IMG/VR virus record: IMGVR_UViG_3300020160_002689
Coordinates: 20,134-84,133 of that record
DNA length: 64,000 nt
Source: a virus
Lineage: Duplodnaviria; Heunggongvirae; Uroviricota; Caudoviricetes
Reading direction: 5' to 3' (one strand)
The notes beneath the pieces were generated by a model that was not told the DNA's origin, ran no database searches, and saw nothing but the letters and a program-made list of their open reading frames with translations. Each line of letters starts with the position of its first letter. Within the stretch, counting starts at the first letter, position 1. This document shows, in pieces, positions 28,451-38,014 of the stretch. The position numbers and the translations under genes were made by a program.

Positions 28451-29110
28451 ATTATTTGTTAAATTATTGATAATTTTTTCTTTCCAATAATTTCTTCTTT
28501 TTGAGTTTTTATTTTTTGATTTGAATGTATCAGTTTGTGAATCACAATTGGGACATATCATTCTTATATTACTTCTTAAATTGTTAGAGGCATCACCATC
28601 AATATGATCAATTACAAATATTAACTTCTTATACATCCAAACAGGTTCTATTTCACATATAGAACATTTATTATTTTGTTCTTTTATAAAAAAATCTTTA
28701 AATGCTTTAGGTGTATAATTTCCTCTACAATAATCATTATTATTATTTAAAAAATCACAATATGCTTCTTTGTGTTTATGTTCTTGTGAACACTTATTAG
28801 AACAATATTTATTCTTTGCAACCTCTCCACAATTATTACACTTTTTATATTCTTTTTTAGAATATTTTGGTAGTGAATATTTACTTACTGTACTTTCACT
28901 AACATTATATTTTTTTGCAATTTCTTTTATTTTTAATTTACTATCATTTTTAATATTTTCTATTAATTCATCACTTATTTTTAAAATTGGATTCTGTAAA
29001 TTTTCATTACTACAATGATATGATATTGTACCTTTTGAACATCCTAATATTTCAGCTATTTTATTATATGATAATCCACTTTTTCTTAATTCTATAATTT
29101 TTTCTTTCAT
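28442..29110 (-). CDS. HNH homing endonuclease with N-terminal helix-turn-helix
   Basis: SYNKIAEILGCSKGTISYHC (HTH) and VIDHIDGDASNNLRSNIRMICPNCDS (HNH motif). The 3' end overlaps a tRNA by 9 nt. Confidence 0.7.
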   Translation of the reverse strand: MKEKIIELRKSGLSYNKIAEILGCSKGTISYHCSNENLQNPILKISDELIENIKNDSKLKIKEIAKKYNVSESTVSKYSLPKYSKKEYKKCNNCGEVAKNKYCSNKCSQEHKHKEAYCDFLNNNNDYCRGNYTPKAFKDFFIKEQNNKCSICEIEPVWMYKKLIFVIDHIDGDASNNLRSNIRMICPNCDSQTDTFKSKNKNSKRRNYWKEKIINNLTNNSE

Positions 29111-29191
29111 AATTTTAATACTTTTTTAATCTATATATTAAAATGAAAAAGTGAAAAAGTTCTAAAATAAATTGAACAATAATAACTTTTG

Positions 29192-29274
29192 AAGAGGGTA
29201 GAGAAATCGAATCCCGTACAGTTTCCCGTACCCCTGGGGTTCAAGCCCAGTTTGCCACCTTGACGGTACCCTCC
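29192..29274 (-). tRNA. tRNA-Ser(UGA)
   Basis: Stem CTGGG/CCCAG with loop CUUGAAC; long variable arm; acceptor GGAGGGT/ACCCTCT; paralogous to the two preceding Ser tRNAs. Confidence 0.6.
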
Positions 29275-29281
29275 ATATTTG

Positions 29282-29366
29282 TGATTCTAGAAGGATTCGA
29301 ACCTTCACTTGCATTTCTGTCTCCTGGGCCGTAACCAGGTGTTTTCTCCATTTAAACTATAGAACC
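29282..29366 (-). tRNA. tRNA, class-II-like, anticodon possibly ACG (Arg?)
   Basis: Palindromic T-arm GAAGG-TTCGAAT-CCTTC, acceptor GGTTCTA/TAGAATC, D-stem GTTT/AAAC, stem CCTGG/CCAGG with loop UUACGGC; extra 16-nt arm. Confidence 0.4.
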
Positions 29367-29367
29367 A

Positions 29368-29403
29368 ATAAAAAACCCACAAACTTTGAGGTTTGTGGGT
29401 TTC
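29368..29403 (-). terminator. rho-independent terminator (minus-strand orientation)
   Basis: Perfect 11-bp stem AACCCACAAAC / GTTTGTGGGTT with loop TTTGAG, followed on the minus strand by a T-run. Confidence 0.6.
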
Positions 29404-29639
29404 AGATAACTTTTTAATAAAAAATTATGAATACACAAGATCCTCACTCAATTTACTTGAACGACTTGAAGAACTTGACGATGTACTGATAATTGTTTTC
29501 ATTGTTATATATATTAAAATTTTATTCTTTGTTTTATTTTTTTGTAGTCTGAACAGGAATTGCACCTATACACGATCGAAGATACCCCAGAAACTGGATC
29601 GACAACCTATACTGCCTATTATATTATCAGACTAATTTG

Positions 29640-29713
29640 GGTGTAAGACGGGACTTGAACCCGCAATATCCTGGCTCACAACCAGGCGCTTTGACCAATT
29701 AAACTACCTACAC
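29640..29713 (-). tRNA. tRNA-His(GUG) without an encoded G-1
   Basis: Acceptor GTGTAGG/CTTACAC, discriminator C73, D-stem GTTT/AAGC, stem CCTGG/CCAGG with loop UUGUGAG, T-arm GCGGG-TTCAAGT-CCCGT. The base at position -1 is U in the gene. Confidence 0.7.
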
Positions 29714-29715
29714 AG

Positions 29716-29790
29716 TAACCCCGGTGAGACTCGAACTCACAACCCCCGCATTAAAAGTGCGGTGCTCTAAACCAATTGAGCTACGAAGTC
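29716..29790 (-). tRNA. tRNA-Lys(UUU)
   Basis: D-stem GCTC/GAGC, stem CCGCA/TGCGG with loop CUUUUAA, T-arm GTGAG-TTCGAGT-CTCAC; acceptor GACTTCG/CGGGGTT with three G:U pairs. Confidence 0.65.
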
Positions 29791-29872
29791 ATTTTTTAGT
29801 TGTCCCAGATATGGTCAAGAGGTTAACATTGACCATTTCCTTAACTGTATTCCGACAGATGAACTATTTTTG

Positions 29873-29943
29873 CACGCCACACAGGGTTCGAACCTGTAAC
29901 ATTGGTTTTGGAGACCAAGATGATACCATTTCACCAGTGACGT
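29873..29943 (-). tRNA. tRNA-Trp(CCA)
   Basis: Acceptor ACGTCAC/GTGGCGT, D-stem GTGA/TCAT, stem TTGGT/ACCAA with loop CUCCAAA, T-arm ACAGG-TTCGAAC-CCTGT. Confidence 0.7.
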
Positions 29944-29949
29944 ATTTGT

Positions 29950-30050
29950 GGAAATTCCAGTTATCGAAGCTGGGACGCAGAGCTTCTGTGCCCTCGTTCT
30001 AAAGTTTTCTATAATTCCTATTTTAGAAAGTGCTCTGAGCTAAATCTCCA
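29950..30050 (-). tRNA. tRNA-like remnant with a hairpin insertion
   Basis: Acceptor GGAGATT/AATTTCC pairs; 5' TAGCTCAGAGC D-arm remnant; degenerate T-arm CAGC-TTCGATAA-CTGG; internal hairpin TTCTAAA...TTTAGAA. Confidence 0.3.
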
Positions 30051-30054
30051 TTTG

Positions 30055-30126
30055 TGCGGATTATCGGAATCGAACCGATCTCTTAGGGACTTCACGCCTA
30101 CGCTAAACCGTCTCAGCTAAATCCGC
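30055..30126 (-). tRNA. tRNA-Phe(GAA)-like (mismatch in anticodon stem)
   Basis: Acceptor GCGGATT/AATCCGC, D-stem GCTG/TAGC, loop GUGAAGU, T-arm ATCGG-TTCGATT-CCGAT. Confidence 0.5.
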
Positions 30127-30134
30127 AATTTTTG

Positions 30135-30207
30135 GGTGAAAGACGGGGCTCGAACCCGCGACAACTTGAACCACAATCAAGCACTCTACCTCTGAGCTAC
30201 AATCACC
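30135..30207 (-). tRNA. tRNA-His(GUG)-like with genomically encoded G-1
   Basis: 5' G-GTGATTG, D-stem GCTC/GAGT, loop UUGUGGU, discriminator C; two U:U mismatches in the acceptor stem (5-68, 6-67). Confidence 0.5.
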
Positions 30208-30214
30208 ATGTTTG

Positions 30215-30303
30215 GGTGTAAAACGGGATTCGAACCCGCATTAGAGATATGTCTCATTCCAGATCCACAATCTGGTCGGCTGCCTTTACCGGTTACAAAC
30301 ACC
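30215..30303 (-). tRNA. tRNA-His-like (GUG), 88 nt with extra arm
   Basis: Stem CCAGA/TCTGG with loop UUGUGGA; encoded G-1; same ACACCCAAA 3' flank as the other two His-type genes; extra GAGACATATCTC hairpin. Confidence 0.4.
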
Positions 30304-30312
30304 ATATTTGAG

Positions 30313-30385
<73 letters not shown>

Positions 30386-30392
30386 TTTTTTG

Positions 30393-30478
30393 CACAGATT
30401 AAGAGAATCGAACTCTTTACTACCACCCTAAGGTGCCAAGGTTTTGGAGACCTGGTGCATACCATTATGCTAACCCGT
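30393..30478 (-). tRNA. tRNA-like, CCA anticodon with long variable arm (possible pseudo-tRNA or unusual decoder)
   Basis: Acceptor ACGGGTT/AATCTGT, 4-nt D-loop, anticodon stem with a bulge and loop CUCCAAA, variable hairpin CACC-TTAG-GGTG, T-arm AAGAG-TTCGATT-CTCTT. Confidence 0.4.
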
Positions 30479-30893
30479 ATTTTGCTTTAAACCAATTTTG
30501 TGTTTTAGATGTTCTTTTTTTATGACAATTACCACAAACAACCTCACACTTTTCTATTTCTTCAATTATTCTTTTTATTCCATATCTTTTTGATAATGCA
30601 TCTGATATATTAAATTCTTTATCTCTTTGATGGTCAAATTCAAGTACAATTGGATCACTTTCTCCACAATCAGTACAAGAATTATTTTTTAAATAATTTA
30701 ACACATATTCTTTACTTCTAATAGTACTTTCTTTATTATGATTAAATACACATTCTTTATTTTCAGAATACCATTTTGATTGATATGATTTTCTACATAA
30801 TTTACATATATTACTATATCCGTCTTTTTTAGTTTTATTTTTATGAAATTCTAATAATTCTTTAGATTCCTTACACATAACACAATTTTTCAT
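30465..30893 (-). CDS. HNH endonuclease (zinc-finger HNH)
   Basis: N-terminal CxxC...CxxC; EFDHQRDKEFNIS ... CEVVCGNCHKKRT HNH core. Confidence 0.7.
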   Translation of the reverse strand: MKNCVMCKESKELLEFHKNKTKKDGYSNICKLCRKSYQSKWYSENKECVFNHNKESTIRSKEYVLNYLKNNSCTDCGESDPIVLEFDHQRDKEFNISDALSKRYGIKRIIEEIEKCEVVCGNCHKKRTSKTQNWFKAKYGLA

Positions 30894-31019
30894 ATTGACT
30901 TTTAATTTTTTTATATATTAAAAGTCTTTGTTCCCCCTACCGGTAACGATCCGATTTCCATAGGTTAAAAGCCTATTGCATCACCATTAATGCTTAGAGG
31001 GATTTTAATTTCTTTAAAT

Positions 31020-31053
31020 AAAAAAACCCGAACTTTTTTAAGTTCGGGTTTCT
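31020..31053. terminator. bidirectional terminator hairpin
   Basis: ACCCGAACTT-tttt-AAGTTCGGGT flanked by A- and T-runs. Confidence 0.55.
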
Positions 31054-31309
31054 GTTTATGTTTTATTATTCTCTTTATATAAATATAATACTTAAATTAA
31101 GTCTATATCTGAGAACGACATACTCATACATCCGAACTTGTGGCTGAACCACTTGAACGATTTACTAAAGCTTGTATGTTTAAAATTTGTTCTCATTATA
31201 ATTGTATATATTAAAGTTTTATTCTCTCTTTTTGTTATTTTGTTATTTTTATAGTACAAAAGTAATAAAAGTTTACTTCTCTACCTAATTTTTTCTAATT
31301 TATTTTTAA

Positions 31310-31582
31310 TTATCTTTCTATTTCAAAGTTATTTGATAATAATATAAGTTCTATATCATTTACACTCAAATCTGTTTTAAGGCCTAAAAATCCATTATCA
31401 TCCATTTGAATTTCTCCTAAATTTAATCTATTGAATATAGGAAAACTAGATAATATATCTTGATCATACATGTCTCCATTTGGAAGAGTAAATGTTATTC
31501 CTATATTTACATCTTCATCTTGATATAATTCATCTTGCCAATCAATATTTGAATTTGCAAAATCTTCAACTTTTAATTTCAT
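31310..31582 (-). CDS. hypothetical protein
   Basis: ORF 31310..31606 trimmed to the second Met (MKLKVEDF); the longer start overlaps a tRNA-like T-arm. Confidence 0.35.
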   Translation of the reverse strand: MKLKVEDFANSNIDWQDELYQDEDVNIGITFTLPNGDMYDQDILSSFPIFNRLNLGEIQMDDNGFLGLKTDLSVNDIELILLSNNFEIER

Positions 31583-31596
31583 ATTAATTTTTTTTT

Positions 31597-31721
31597 GTGG
31601 ATACAACAGGATTCGAACCTGTGATTGCTTTCAATATTTACTTCTCTACTTTGCAACGGTGTTTTCATCCTTATAGTAAAATGGACTTGGACTCCTGTAT
31701 TTGGCCACTCTACCATATACC
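31597..31721 (-). tRNA. tRNA-like element (canonical T-arm and 3' acceptor; distant 5' partner)
   Basis: ACAGG-TTCGAAT-CCTGT T-arm and TGTATCC-A 3' end; a matching GGGTATA lies 118 nt upstream. Confidence 0.25.
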
Positions 31722-31784
31722 CTTTATTGTTGATACAAAAGTAATACATAATTTTGTATCAACCTAATTTTATTTTATTTATTT

Positions 31785-32816
31785 TTAAACTCCTGTAAAT
31801 TTAACAGTTACAATAGGAGTTGTTTCATCTAATTTAGTAATGTGTTTTTGTGTTTCTAATATAGATTTTGAATCTTTGTATGCAAAGTCAAACTCTTGTA
31901 TGATACTACTATCAAATTCACCACTTCTATTTAATAGTTCAGAGAATCTTTTCTTATAGGATTCTTTTTCACTTCTTCTCATTGAGTGCCAAAATTTTAA
32001 AGTATCAGTTCTACCTAATTTTCTACCTGCACCATGTGAACAACTTGCTAATGAATCTTCAAGGTTATATGGTTGAGGACTAACTATTAAACTACCTCTT
32101 GACATAGAAAGTGGGATAACAATAGGATCCTTTATTAACTCTGTACTTCCTTTATGATGTATAATAGAATTATCATTAAAACTCAATAAGTTATGACAAC
32201 TATCATGTATGATATAATTAGGATTTTTAATATATCCATTTCTACTTAAAAAGTTAAAACTTTTCTCTAAGAATTCATATCTTCTTTTTACTGCATAATC
32301 TAAAATTCTTTGATATTCAGTTCTATATTTTTCATCTGCAAATTCAATAGGTAACCATTCATTACCTGGATTATGTTCTTGTAACATACTATAATTTTGT
32401 TGATACATATAGATACCTAAGTTTCTACTTCCTGTATGAACTATAATGTATAAATACTTATCAGACTCTTCAATTGATAGAAAGTGATTACCACCACCTA
32501 ATCCTTCATCTGTCATTGTATAAGATTCTTTTTCAAATGCTCTATAATGAACATCTTTATCAAATCTTTTTAAGTAATCTTTTTTATCTATTTTTAAATA
32601 AGCAACACCACAACCCATATCTTTTCCAGTAATAAGTGGATAAAATACATCTGTTGTTTTGAATGAAACCCCAACTGGGATAGCTTTTTCTGAACAATAA
32701 TGTATATCAGGAAATACAGTAATTTTTTCAATATTAGATTCCTGTTCAAAGTGTTCTAAACACTTTAAAGCATTATCTTCTATATCGTTCTTATCTGTAA
32801 AATAATTTACTTTCAT
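31785..32816 (-). CDS. rtcB: RtcB-family RNA 3'-phosphate/5'-OH ligase
   Basis: PDIHYCSEKAIPVG, GKDMGCGVAY, LGGGNHFLSIEE and CSHGAGRKLGR correspond to the RtcB metal-binding and nucleotidyl-His motifs (GSGNHFIE, HNHAGR). At 343 aa it is a compact variant. Confidence 0.75.
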   Translation of the reverse strand: MKVNYFTDKNDIEDNALKCLEHFEQESNIEKITVFPDIHYCSEKAIPVGVSFKTTDVFYPLITGKDMGCGVAYLKIDKKDYLKRFDKDVHYRAFEKESYTMTDEGLGGGNHFLSIEESDKYLYIIVHTGSRNLGIYMYQQNYSMLQEHNPGNEWLPIEFADEKYRTEYQRILDYAVKRRYEFLEKSFNFLSRNGYIKNPNYIIHDSCHNLLSFNDNSIIHHKGSTELIKDPIVIPLSMSRGSLIVSPQPYNLEDSLASCSHGAGRKLGRTDTLKFWHSMRRSEKESYKKRFSELLNRSGEFDSSIIQEFDFAYKDSKSILETQKHITKLDETTPIVTVKFTGV

Positions 32817-32847
32817 TATTACTGTTTTTTTCTTGTTTTGTTTTTTA

Positions 32848-32937
32848 GTCAGGAAAAAAGGACTCGAACCTTACTCCAGATACCCTCAAAGTATTCTGCG
32901 CCAGCCCCTCATTAAAACTAATTAACTCAGGTTTCCT
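32848..32937 (-). tRNA. tRNA-like element, 90 nt (class-II-like, anticodon unresolved)
   Basis: Perfect 7-bp acceptor CAGGAAA/TTTCCTG, T-arm TAAGG-TTCGAGT-CCTTT, internal arm with loop UUUGAGG. Confidence 0.35.
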
Positions 32938-33080
32938 GTTATGTTTTTACAAAGATAGGTTTTATTTTTTAACAAACAAACATTTATCTCTTTGATCCCC
33001 AAAGCATGTAACCAACAAATATTCCTAATAGAAATGCTCCCATTTTATTTTATTTTATTTTATTTTTTTATATATAGATT

Positions 33081-33257
33081 ATGTCAAAGTCTCGTAAAGA
33101 ATTAAAATATATTTTTAAGATGCGTAAAAAGTTCAAAGATAAAAAGAATACACCAAAAGATAAAAAATGGGTATTCAATGATGAATGGACTAAAGGTATT
33201 GAGACTGGTGGTATGCCTACCAAGGTTAAAGATTATAAAACCTTTAATTCAGATTAG
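33081..33257 (+). CDS. small basic protein (58 aa), below the ORF-track cutoff
   Basis: ATG preceded by TATATATAGATT, the same motif that precedes 38015. Translates to MSKSRKELKYIFKMRKKFKDKK... Confidence 0.3.
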   Translation: MSKSRKELKYIFKMRKKFKDKKNTPKDKKWVFNDEWTKGIETGGMPTKVKDYKTFNSD

Positions 33258-33751
33258 TAAAAACCTTCCCAAGAATTTATACCATTTTGTTTAGCTTGTT
33301 CATAAACACCAGGTGTTTCGTATAGAACAGAATTCTTTCTTATTTTTCTTCTTAAATTCTTTTTAATTATATTATTAACATAATCACATATTTCTTCATC
33401 AGCACTACCTAAAAAATTACCTTTTTCATCTATTTTATCAATTCTACCTTTACTAAAGATACCAAGTTTTACTTCTTGTTCTTCAGATAATAAGTTAGAT
33501 AATATTTTATCTCTACTAACTGGTAGTGTATTAATATCATTAAGTTCTAAAAACTTATCAAATGAGGTTAGATATTTTGGACAATCTAATCCTAATTTTG
33601 ATAAAGCAGGTCCAATTGTCTTAAATTTTTTTGCTTCAAACCAATTTTGTGAATAGGTGTCAGAAAGTTTATTCTTATAAACAACAAAATACCCATCACC
33701 TTGTGGTAATGAGTACATTGTAAATGGTTCTTTCCAAACTATATAGAACAT
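33254..33751 (-). CDS. hypothetical protein
   Basis: 165 aa. Confidence 0.45.
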   Translation of the reverse strand: MFYIVWKEPFTMYSLPQGDGYFVVYKNKLSDTYSQNWFEAKKFKTIGPALSKLGLDCPKYLTSFDKFLELNDINTLPVSRDKILSNLLSEEQEVKLGIFSKGRIDKIDEKGNFLGSADEEICDYVNNIIKKNLRRKIRKNSVLYETPGVYEQAKQNGINSWEGFY

Positions 33752-33758
33752 TAGTTAG

Positions 33759-34169
33759 TTAGTTAGTTAGTAATACTTCTTTAATAACCTCTGATACTAC
33801 TTTTCTATCAACTTGTAAAGTTGCAAACTCTTTCATAATTCCACCAACATTTGTAACACCTGATGTAACTAATTCATTTACTTTTGTAACAATATCTTCT
33901 CTTGTTAATGGTGCTGGAAGTAATGCTTCTACAATTTCTAATTGTAATTTAGATTCTTTATCACCATTAGTTGAAATAACTTCATTTAAAGACTTTGCAG
34001 TTTTGTTAAGGATTTTGATTACTTCTGTATCAGAAAGACAATCAACTCCTGTATTTTTTTCAATAGTTTGGATTTCTCCTTTTACTACAGAAAGTAAATT
34101 TTTTGCTACTGCATTTCTTTCTTTGAAAGCAGTCATGTAGTCTTTGCTAATTTTTTCTTTTAAACTCAT
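33759..34169 (-). CDS. GatB/YqeY domain protein
   Basis: 136 aa with the YqeY-like pattern (AFKERN ... GEIQ ... EIVEALLPAPLTREDI ... GIMKEFATLQVDRKVVSEVIKEVL). Confidence 0.6.
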   Translation of the reverse strand: MSLKEKISKDYMTAFKERNAVAKNLLSVVKGEIQTIEKNTGVDCLSDTEVIKILNKTAKSLNEVISTNGDKESKLQLEIVEALLPAPLTREDIVTKVNELVTSGVTNVGGIMKEFATLQVDRKVVSEVIKEVLLTN

Positions 34170-34696
34170 AATTTCTAATTTTTAGTTCTGCAAATGTAGA
34201 ACAATTATTTTATTCAACCTAATTTATTTTAAAAAATATGAAGAGGGTGGAACGCCTGTTAAGTATGGCCGGAATCCGAGAGCCTAACCTTAACTTTTAT
34301 GATCTAATCACTTGGGATTGCCTTTTAATGGATTTGTGTCCTTGGTTTCGTAGTGTTACCATTCTACGCATTTAATTTCTTCATAGTGTTGGATTTAGTT
34401 TCAGTAAGTTATTTTCTTATTTATAACCTACTTTCATCTGTTTAGTTTTGAGTATCTATTACCATCACAATTTCAATACTACACCTTTACATTTTATCAT
34501 ATATTTAAGTACAAGGTAGTTCACTAATTTTATCAAAGGTGTTAACTTATTTGTTAGCTACTTACTACCATAAACATTATTAAAGTTATGTGACTTTTGT
34601 TCATTATTTATAACTGTCAACCTTAATAACTTCTTATTATTATACAAATATATAACAAAAGTTTTAATTTGAGAAATTTATTTTAATATATAAGTA

Positions 34697-36313
34697 ATGA
34701 AATATATTAAATTATTCGAAGCCTTTGAATCAGAGGCAATTACTAATACAATTAAATTCTTAACTAAGAAGATAGGACAGAAAAATACAGAATCTTTCTT
34801 TAATGATATTAAAAGATTAATGACACAATATGATATTCCTATTTCAAGAATAAAAGAAGATGACTTAGAATACATTAGAGTGGCAAAAGCTATCAAAATT
34901 AAAAATGATGGACAAGTTTACAATAATTGGAATATTTATTGTATAAAATATTGGTTCTCTATTGAACAAGGATTTTTGGGTAAAACTTGTACAGGTAATT
35001 TAACTACACCATATGTTAAGGTAAAAAATGATTATTCTTATAAAAATATGAATTTTAATGAGGATCAATTTAATTATATTAAAAATGAATTAGAAATAAG
35101 AAAAGGTAAATTATCATCAGTATTAGATTATAAAATTTTAAAAACAGGTGATGATGTTTTAGTTGTGCTTGGTGATAATAGTAATTCAAATAGAGTAGCA
35201 ATAGGTAAAGTATTTATTGATACTATGAATTCTAATGCAATTTATGTTTATAATGATTATAAATCAGATGGAACTTCTGTTTATGGAGATAGACCAGATT
35301 TTGCAAGTAATTATACATATACTTGGAGATTAGGACGTGATGAGAATGAAGATGGTATAGTTCATACAGATGGTGATCATTTTAGATTACATCTTTATAC
35401 CAAAACTAATAGACAATTAAGACAAGAAATTAAAATTGATAAACCTAAACATAAAGCTAATTTAGCAGATTTTAATAAACCATTAGATAATAGTGGTAAT
35501 ATTGTAGATTGGACATTAAATAATCAAGGTATAATTGAAAATGTTATAGAAAAAGCAGACTTTGCTATTATTGTCTATATGGATAAACTACTTTCAATAC
35601 CAAATATAAATACTATAAAAAGAGATAGAACCAGTGCTAGACAAGGTGCTACTGCTCTTATGTCTGATTATGATATAAAGCAAATAAATATTAATAATTA
35701 TACTACTAAATTAGTTGCTAAGTATGGATTACATAAAGATACAGAAGACTTTTCTAAATTGAATAAATTTGTTAATAATATAATGTGTAATAAGTTTGTT
35801 ATGTTTAATCTTTATTTAGATAATAATATGAGTTCATTGAATAATCTTATTAATCAATTATATAATTTAGTAAATGAAGATGATAAAGAGTATTATTTCA
35901 GTAATGTTTTAAGTGTATTTAAAAATAGTAGAGAAAATACTGCAAGTTATAGTAATATTTACAGAAATAATTTAGATGTTATTCTAAAATCAAATGATGA
36001 AAATCTTATTACTATAATAAAAAGATTTCTAAATTTAGGTGAAAAAATAAATAACTATATTGTAAATATTGATGTTGAGAATATACATGATATGATAATG
36101 ATTAAATATAAGTTAAGTGTTATACAAAGTTTTATAGCCGATCGTAGAAATAAATTGGCAACACCATATAATGATGTTATAAATTCATTTGATTCAAGTA
36201 GTAGTAATATGTCTAGATATATTTCATATTGTGATGGTGCCACAGATGAGTTTGAACAATCAATGGAAAAATTAGATATAATTGAAAAGTTTGTTAATAG
36301 TTTATTAAAGTAA
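34697..36313 (+). CDS. hypothetical protein
   Basis: 538-aa ORF. Confidence 0.5.
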   Translation: MKYIKLFEAFESEAITNTIKFLTKKIGQKNTESFFNDIKRLMTQYDIPISRIKEDDLEYIRVAKAIKIKNDGQVYNNWNIYCIKYWFSIEQGFLGKTCTGNLTTPYVKVKNDYSYKNMNFNEDQFNYIKNELEIRKGKLSSVLDYKILKTGDDVLVVLGDNSNSNRVAIGKVFIDTMNSNAIYVYNDYKSDGTSVYGDRPDFASNYTYTWRLGRDENEDGIVHTDGDHFRLHLYTKTNRQLRQEIKIDKPKHKANLADFNKPLDNSGNIVDWTLNNQGIIENVIEKADFAIIVYMDKLLSIPNINTIKRDRTSARQGATALMSDYDIKQININNYTTKLVAKYGLHKDTEDFSKLNKFVNNIMCNKFVMFNLYLDNNMSSLNNLINQLYNLVNEDDKEYYFSNVLSVFKNSRENTASYSNIYRNNLDVILKSNDENLITIIKRFLNLGEKINNYIVNIDVENIHDMIMIKYKLSVIQSFIADRRNKLATPYNDVINSFDSSSSNMSRYISYCDGATDEFEQSMEKLDIIEKFVNSLLK

Positions 36314-36655
36314 AATCAAATCATTTATTCGATCATTTATTTCATAGAGTAAACCCATACATTCTCTCTTCAAATCTTTTAATCTATTAAAGTCACTAAC
36401 ACTAATTGGTTTACCTAAAGAATCATCTATACCCTTTATTTCCAATTCTATATTATCTCTGATTAAACCAATCTCAAATAAAATATCACCTTTAATTTCA
36501 TTTATTAATAAACTAAAATAAGGATTACTCATAAGTCTTTCTTTGTATGAAGATACATTGAAACTTTTGATAATCCTTTTAAGATTTTTTATTACTTCTT
36601 CTTCACTACCTGAACTATGTAGTTTTTCAAAGAAGTCTTCTATGTTATTTTTCAT
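36305..36655 (-). CDS. hypothetical protein
   Basis: 116 aa. Confidence 0.4.
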   Translation of the reverse strand: MKNNIEDFFEKLHSSGSEEEVIKNLKRIIKSFNVSSYKERLMSNPYFSLLINEIKGDILFEIGLIRDNIELEIKGIDDSLGKPISVSDFNRLKDLKRECMGLLYEINDRINDLILL

Positions 36656-37521
36656 AATTTTAAATCTCTTTTAACCTTATAAATAAGTGACTGACTAAAT
36701 CCTGTATTGTTTTTTATATTTTTAATATCATGTCCCTCAATGAGTAGATTTTGTATAATGTTATATTTATCACATTTTAATGTTCTATCAACCACTCTAT
36801 CCCATTTTCTTTTCATTATAGGTAAATTTAGAGACAATGCTCTATTCTTGATTTTAAGAACTTCTTTATTTTTAGTTATACATATTTTTGAACATCCATC
36901 AGTTGATATATAAAAATTCTTTTTTGATGATGTTAGTATATAATATGCTTCTTCTAAAAAATATCCCCACGAGGAATCACATTTAAGATATAACAAACCC
37001 TTTTTATTTATACAACCATCACCATCTATAAACCCAATTATCATACTGAATAGTTGATCATCTGTAATGTAATTTGGTATTTTAACAGGATTTTTAGTTT
37101 TATTAGATAACCAATTAAAGTCATTTGATAATTTACTTATACTTTTTCTATCTGATATTACAAGTCTTATATCATCTTTATACTCATATTTACATACTTG
37201 TCCTATATGTTCTTCAATTTTTAAAATATATTCTTTGTCTTTTATTGACAAGTTTATCTGAATATTAGACTCTTTGTATATATGACCATCTGCAAGTATA
37301 AAACCTATCCAATAACAAGTTATATTATCACTATAATCAATTATCTTTGAATACTTTGAGTTATTTTTTGATTCATTAGAACCCTTTTTGATTTTATTTA
37401 AACATGCTATTTTTTGTATATAGTTCCAAGAAAGATTTGTATCTTTAATTATTTCATCTTTAGATTTTTTATTATAATTAGATTTTAAATAATCAATCAA
37501 TTTTATTTTAGATGGTTTCAT
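36652..37521 (-). CDS. LAGLIDADG homing endonuclease (double-motif)
   Basis: Two LAGLIDADG-type motifs: WIGFILADGHI and IGFIDGDGCI. Confidence 0.65.
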   Translation of the reverse strand: MKPSKIKLIDYLKSNYNKKSKDEIIKDTNLSWNYIQKIACLNKIKKGSNESKNNSKYSKIIDYSDNITCYWIGFILADGHIYKESNIQINLSIKDKEYILKIEEHIGQVCKYEYKDDIRLVISDRKSISKLSNDFNWLSNKTKNPVKIPNYITDDQLFSMIIGFIDGDGCINKKGLLYLKCDSSWGYFLEEAYYILTSSKKNFYISTDGCSKICITKNKEVLKIKNRALSLNLPIMKRKWDRVVDRTLKCDKYNIIQNLLIEGHDIKNIKNNTGFSQSLIYKVKRDLKL

Positions 37522-37551
37522 ATTACATATTATTTTTTACTATATATAAAA

Positions 37552-37986
37552 TTAAACCATACCTCTTTTAATTTCCCTTTCTATATCTTTCTTTTTAATA
37601 TCTTCTCTTTTATTCCATAATTTTTTACCAGTTGCTACACCAATTTTAATTTTAATTCTGTTTCTTTTTAGAAATATACTTAATGGTATTGCTGTTGTTC
37701 CTTTATCTTGTAGTTTTCTTTCAATTCTATTGATTTCTTTTCTACTTAAAAGTAACTTCTTATCTCTGTTCTCTTCATGTTTAGTTAATGGATGTGATGA
37801 TTTATATCTTGCCACATTCATATTCTTTAACCATACTTCATTATCCTTTAAGTAAATAAAAGAATCTGCTATAGTAACATTACCCATTCTGATTGATTTT
37901 ACTTCACTTCCAACAAGTACTATTCCTGCTTCAAATTCCTCAAGTATATTATACAAATAGTATGCCTTTTTATTATTTATTATCAT
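37552..37986 (-). CDS. smpB: SsrA-binding protein SmpB
   Basis: KKAYYLYNILEEFEAGIVLVGSEVKSIRMGNVTIADSFIYLKDNEVWL ... RDKKLLLSRKEI ... GTTAIPLSIFLKRNRIKIKIGVATGKKLWNKRED closely follows the SmpB consensus. Confidence 0.8.
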   Translation of the reverse strand: MIINNKKAYYLYNILEEFEAGIVLVGSEVKSIRMGNVTIADSFIYLKDNEVWLKNMNVARYKSSHPLTKHEENRDKKLLLSRKEINRIERKLQDKGTTAIPLSIFLKRNRIKIKIGVATGKKLWNKREDIKKKDIEREIKRGMV

Positions 37987-37998
37987 AATTAATTTTTT

Positions 37999-38014
37999 TT
38001 AATATATAGATTAT
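37999..38014 (+). promoter_or_regulatory. promoter-like motif TTTAATATATAGATTAT immediately before the ATG
   Basis: Identical core to the element upstream of the small ORF at 33081. Confidence 0.35.

Noticed and set aside
31597-31721. Group I intron within a tRNA
   Set aside because: The interval between the T-arm and the putative 5' acceptor is only about 118 nt, far too short for a group I intron and without P-element signatures. Kept only as a low-confidence tRNA-like element.
34170-34696. tmRNA (ssrA) gene expected near smpB
   Set aside because: I could not find a tRNA-like acceptor/T-arm pair or a CCA-proximal T-loop by eye; left as an unexplained non-coding region. A covariance-model search is needed before excluding it.
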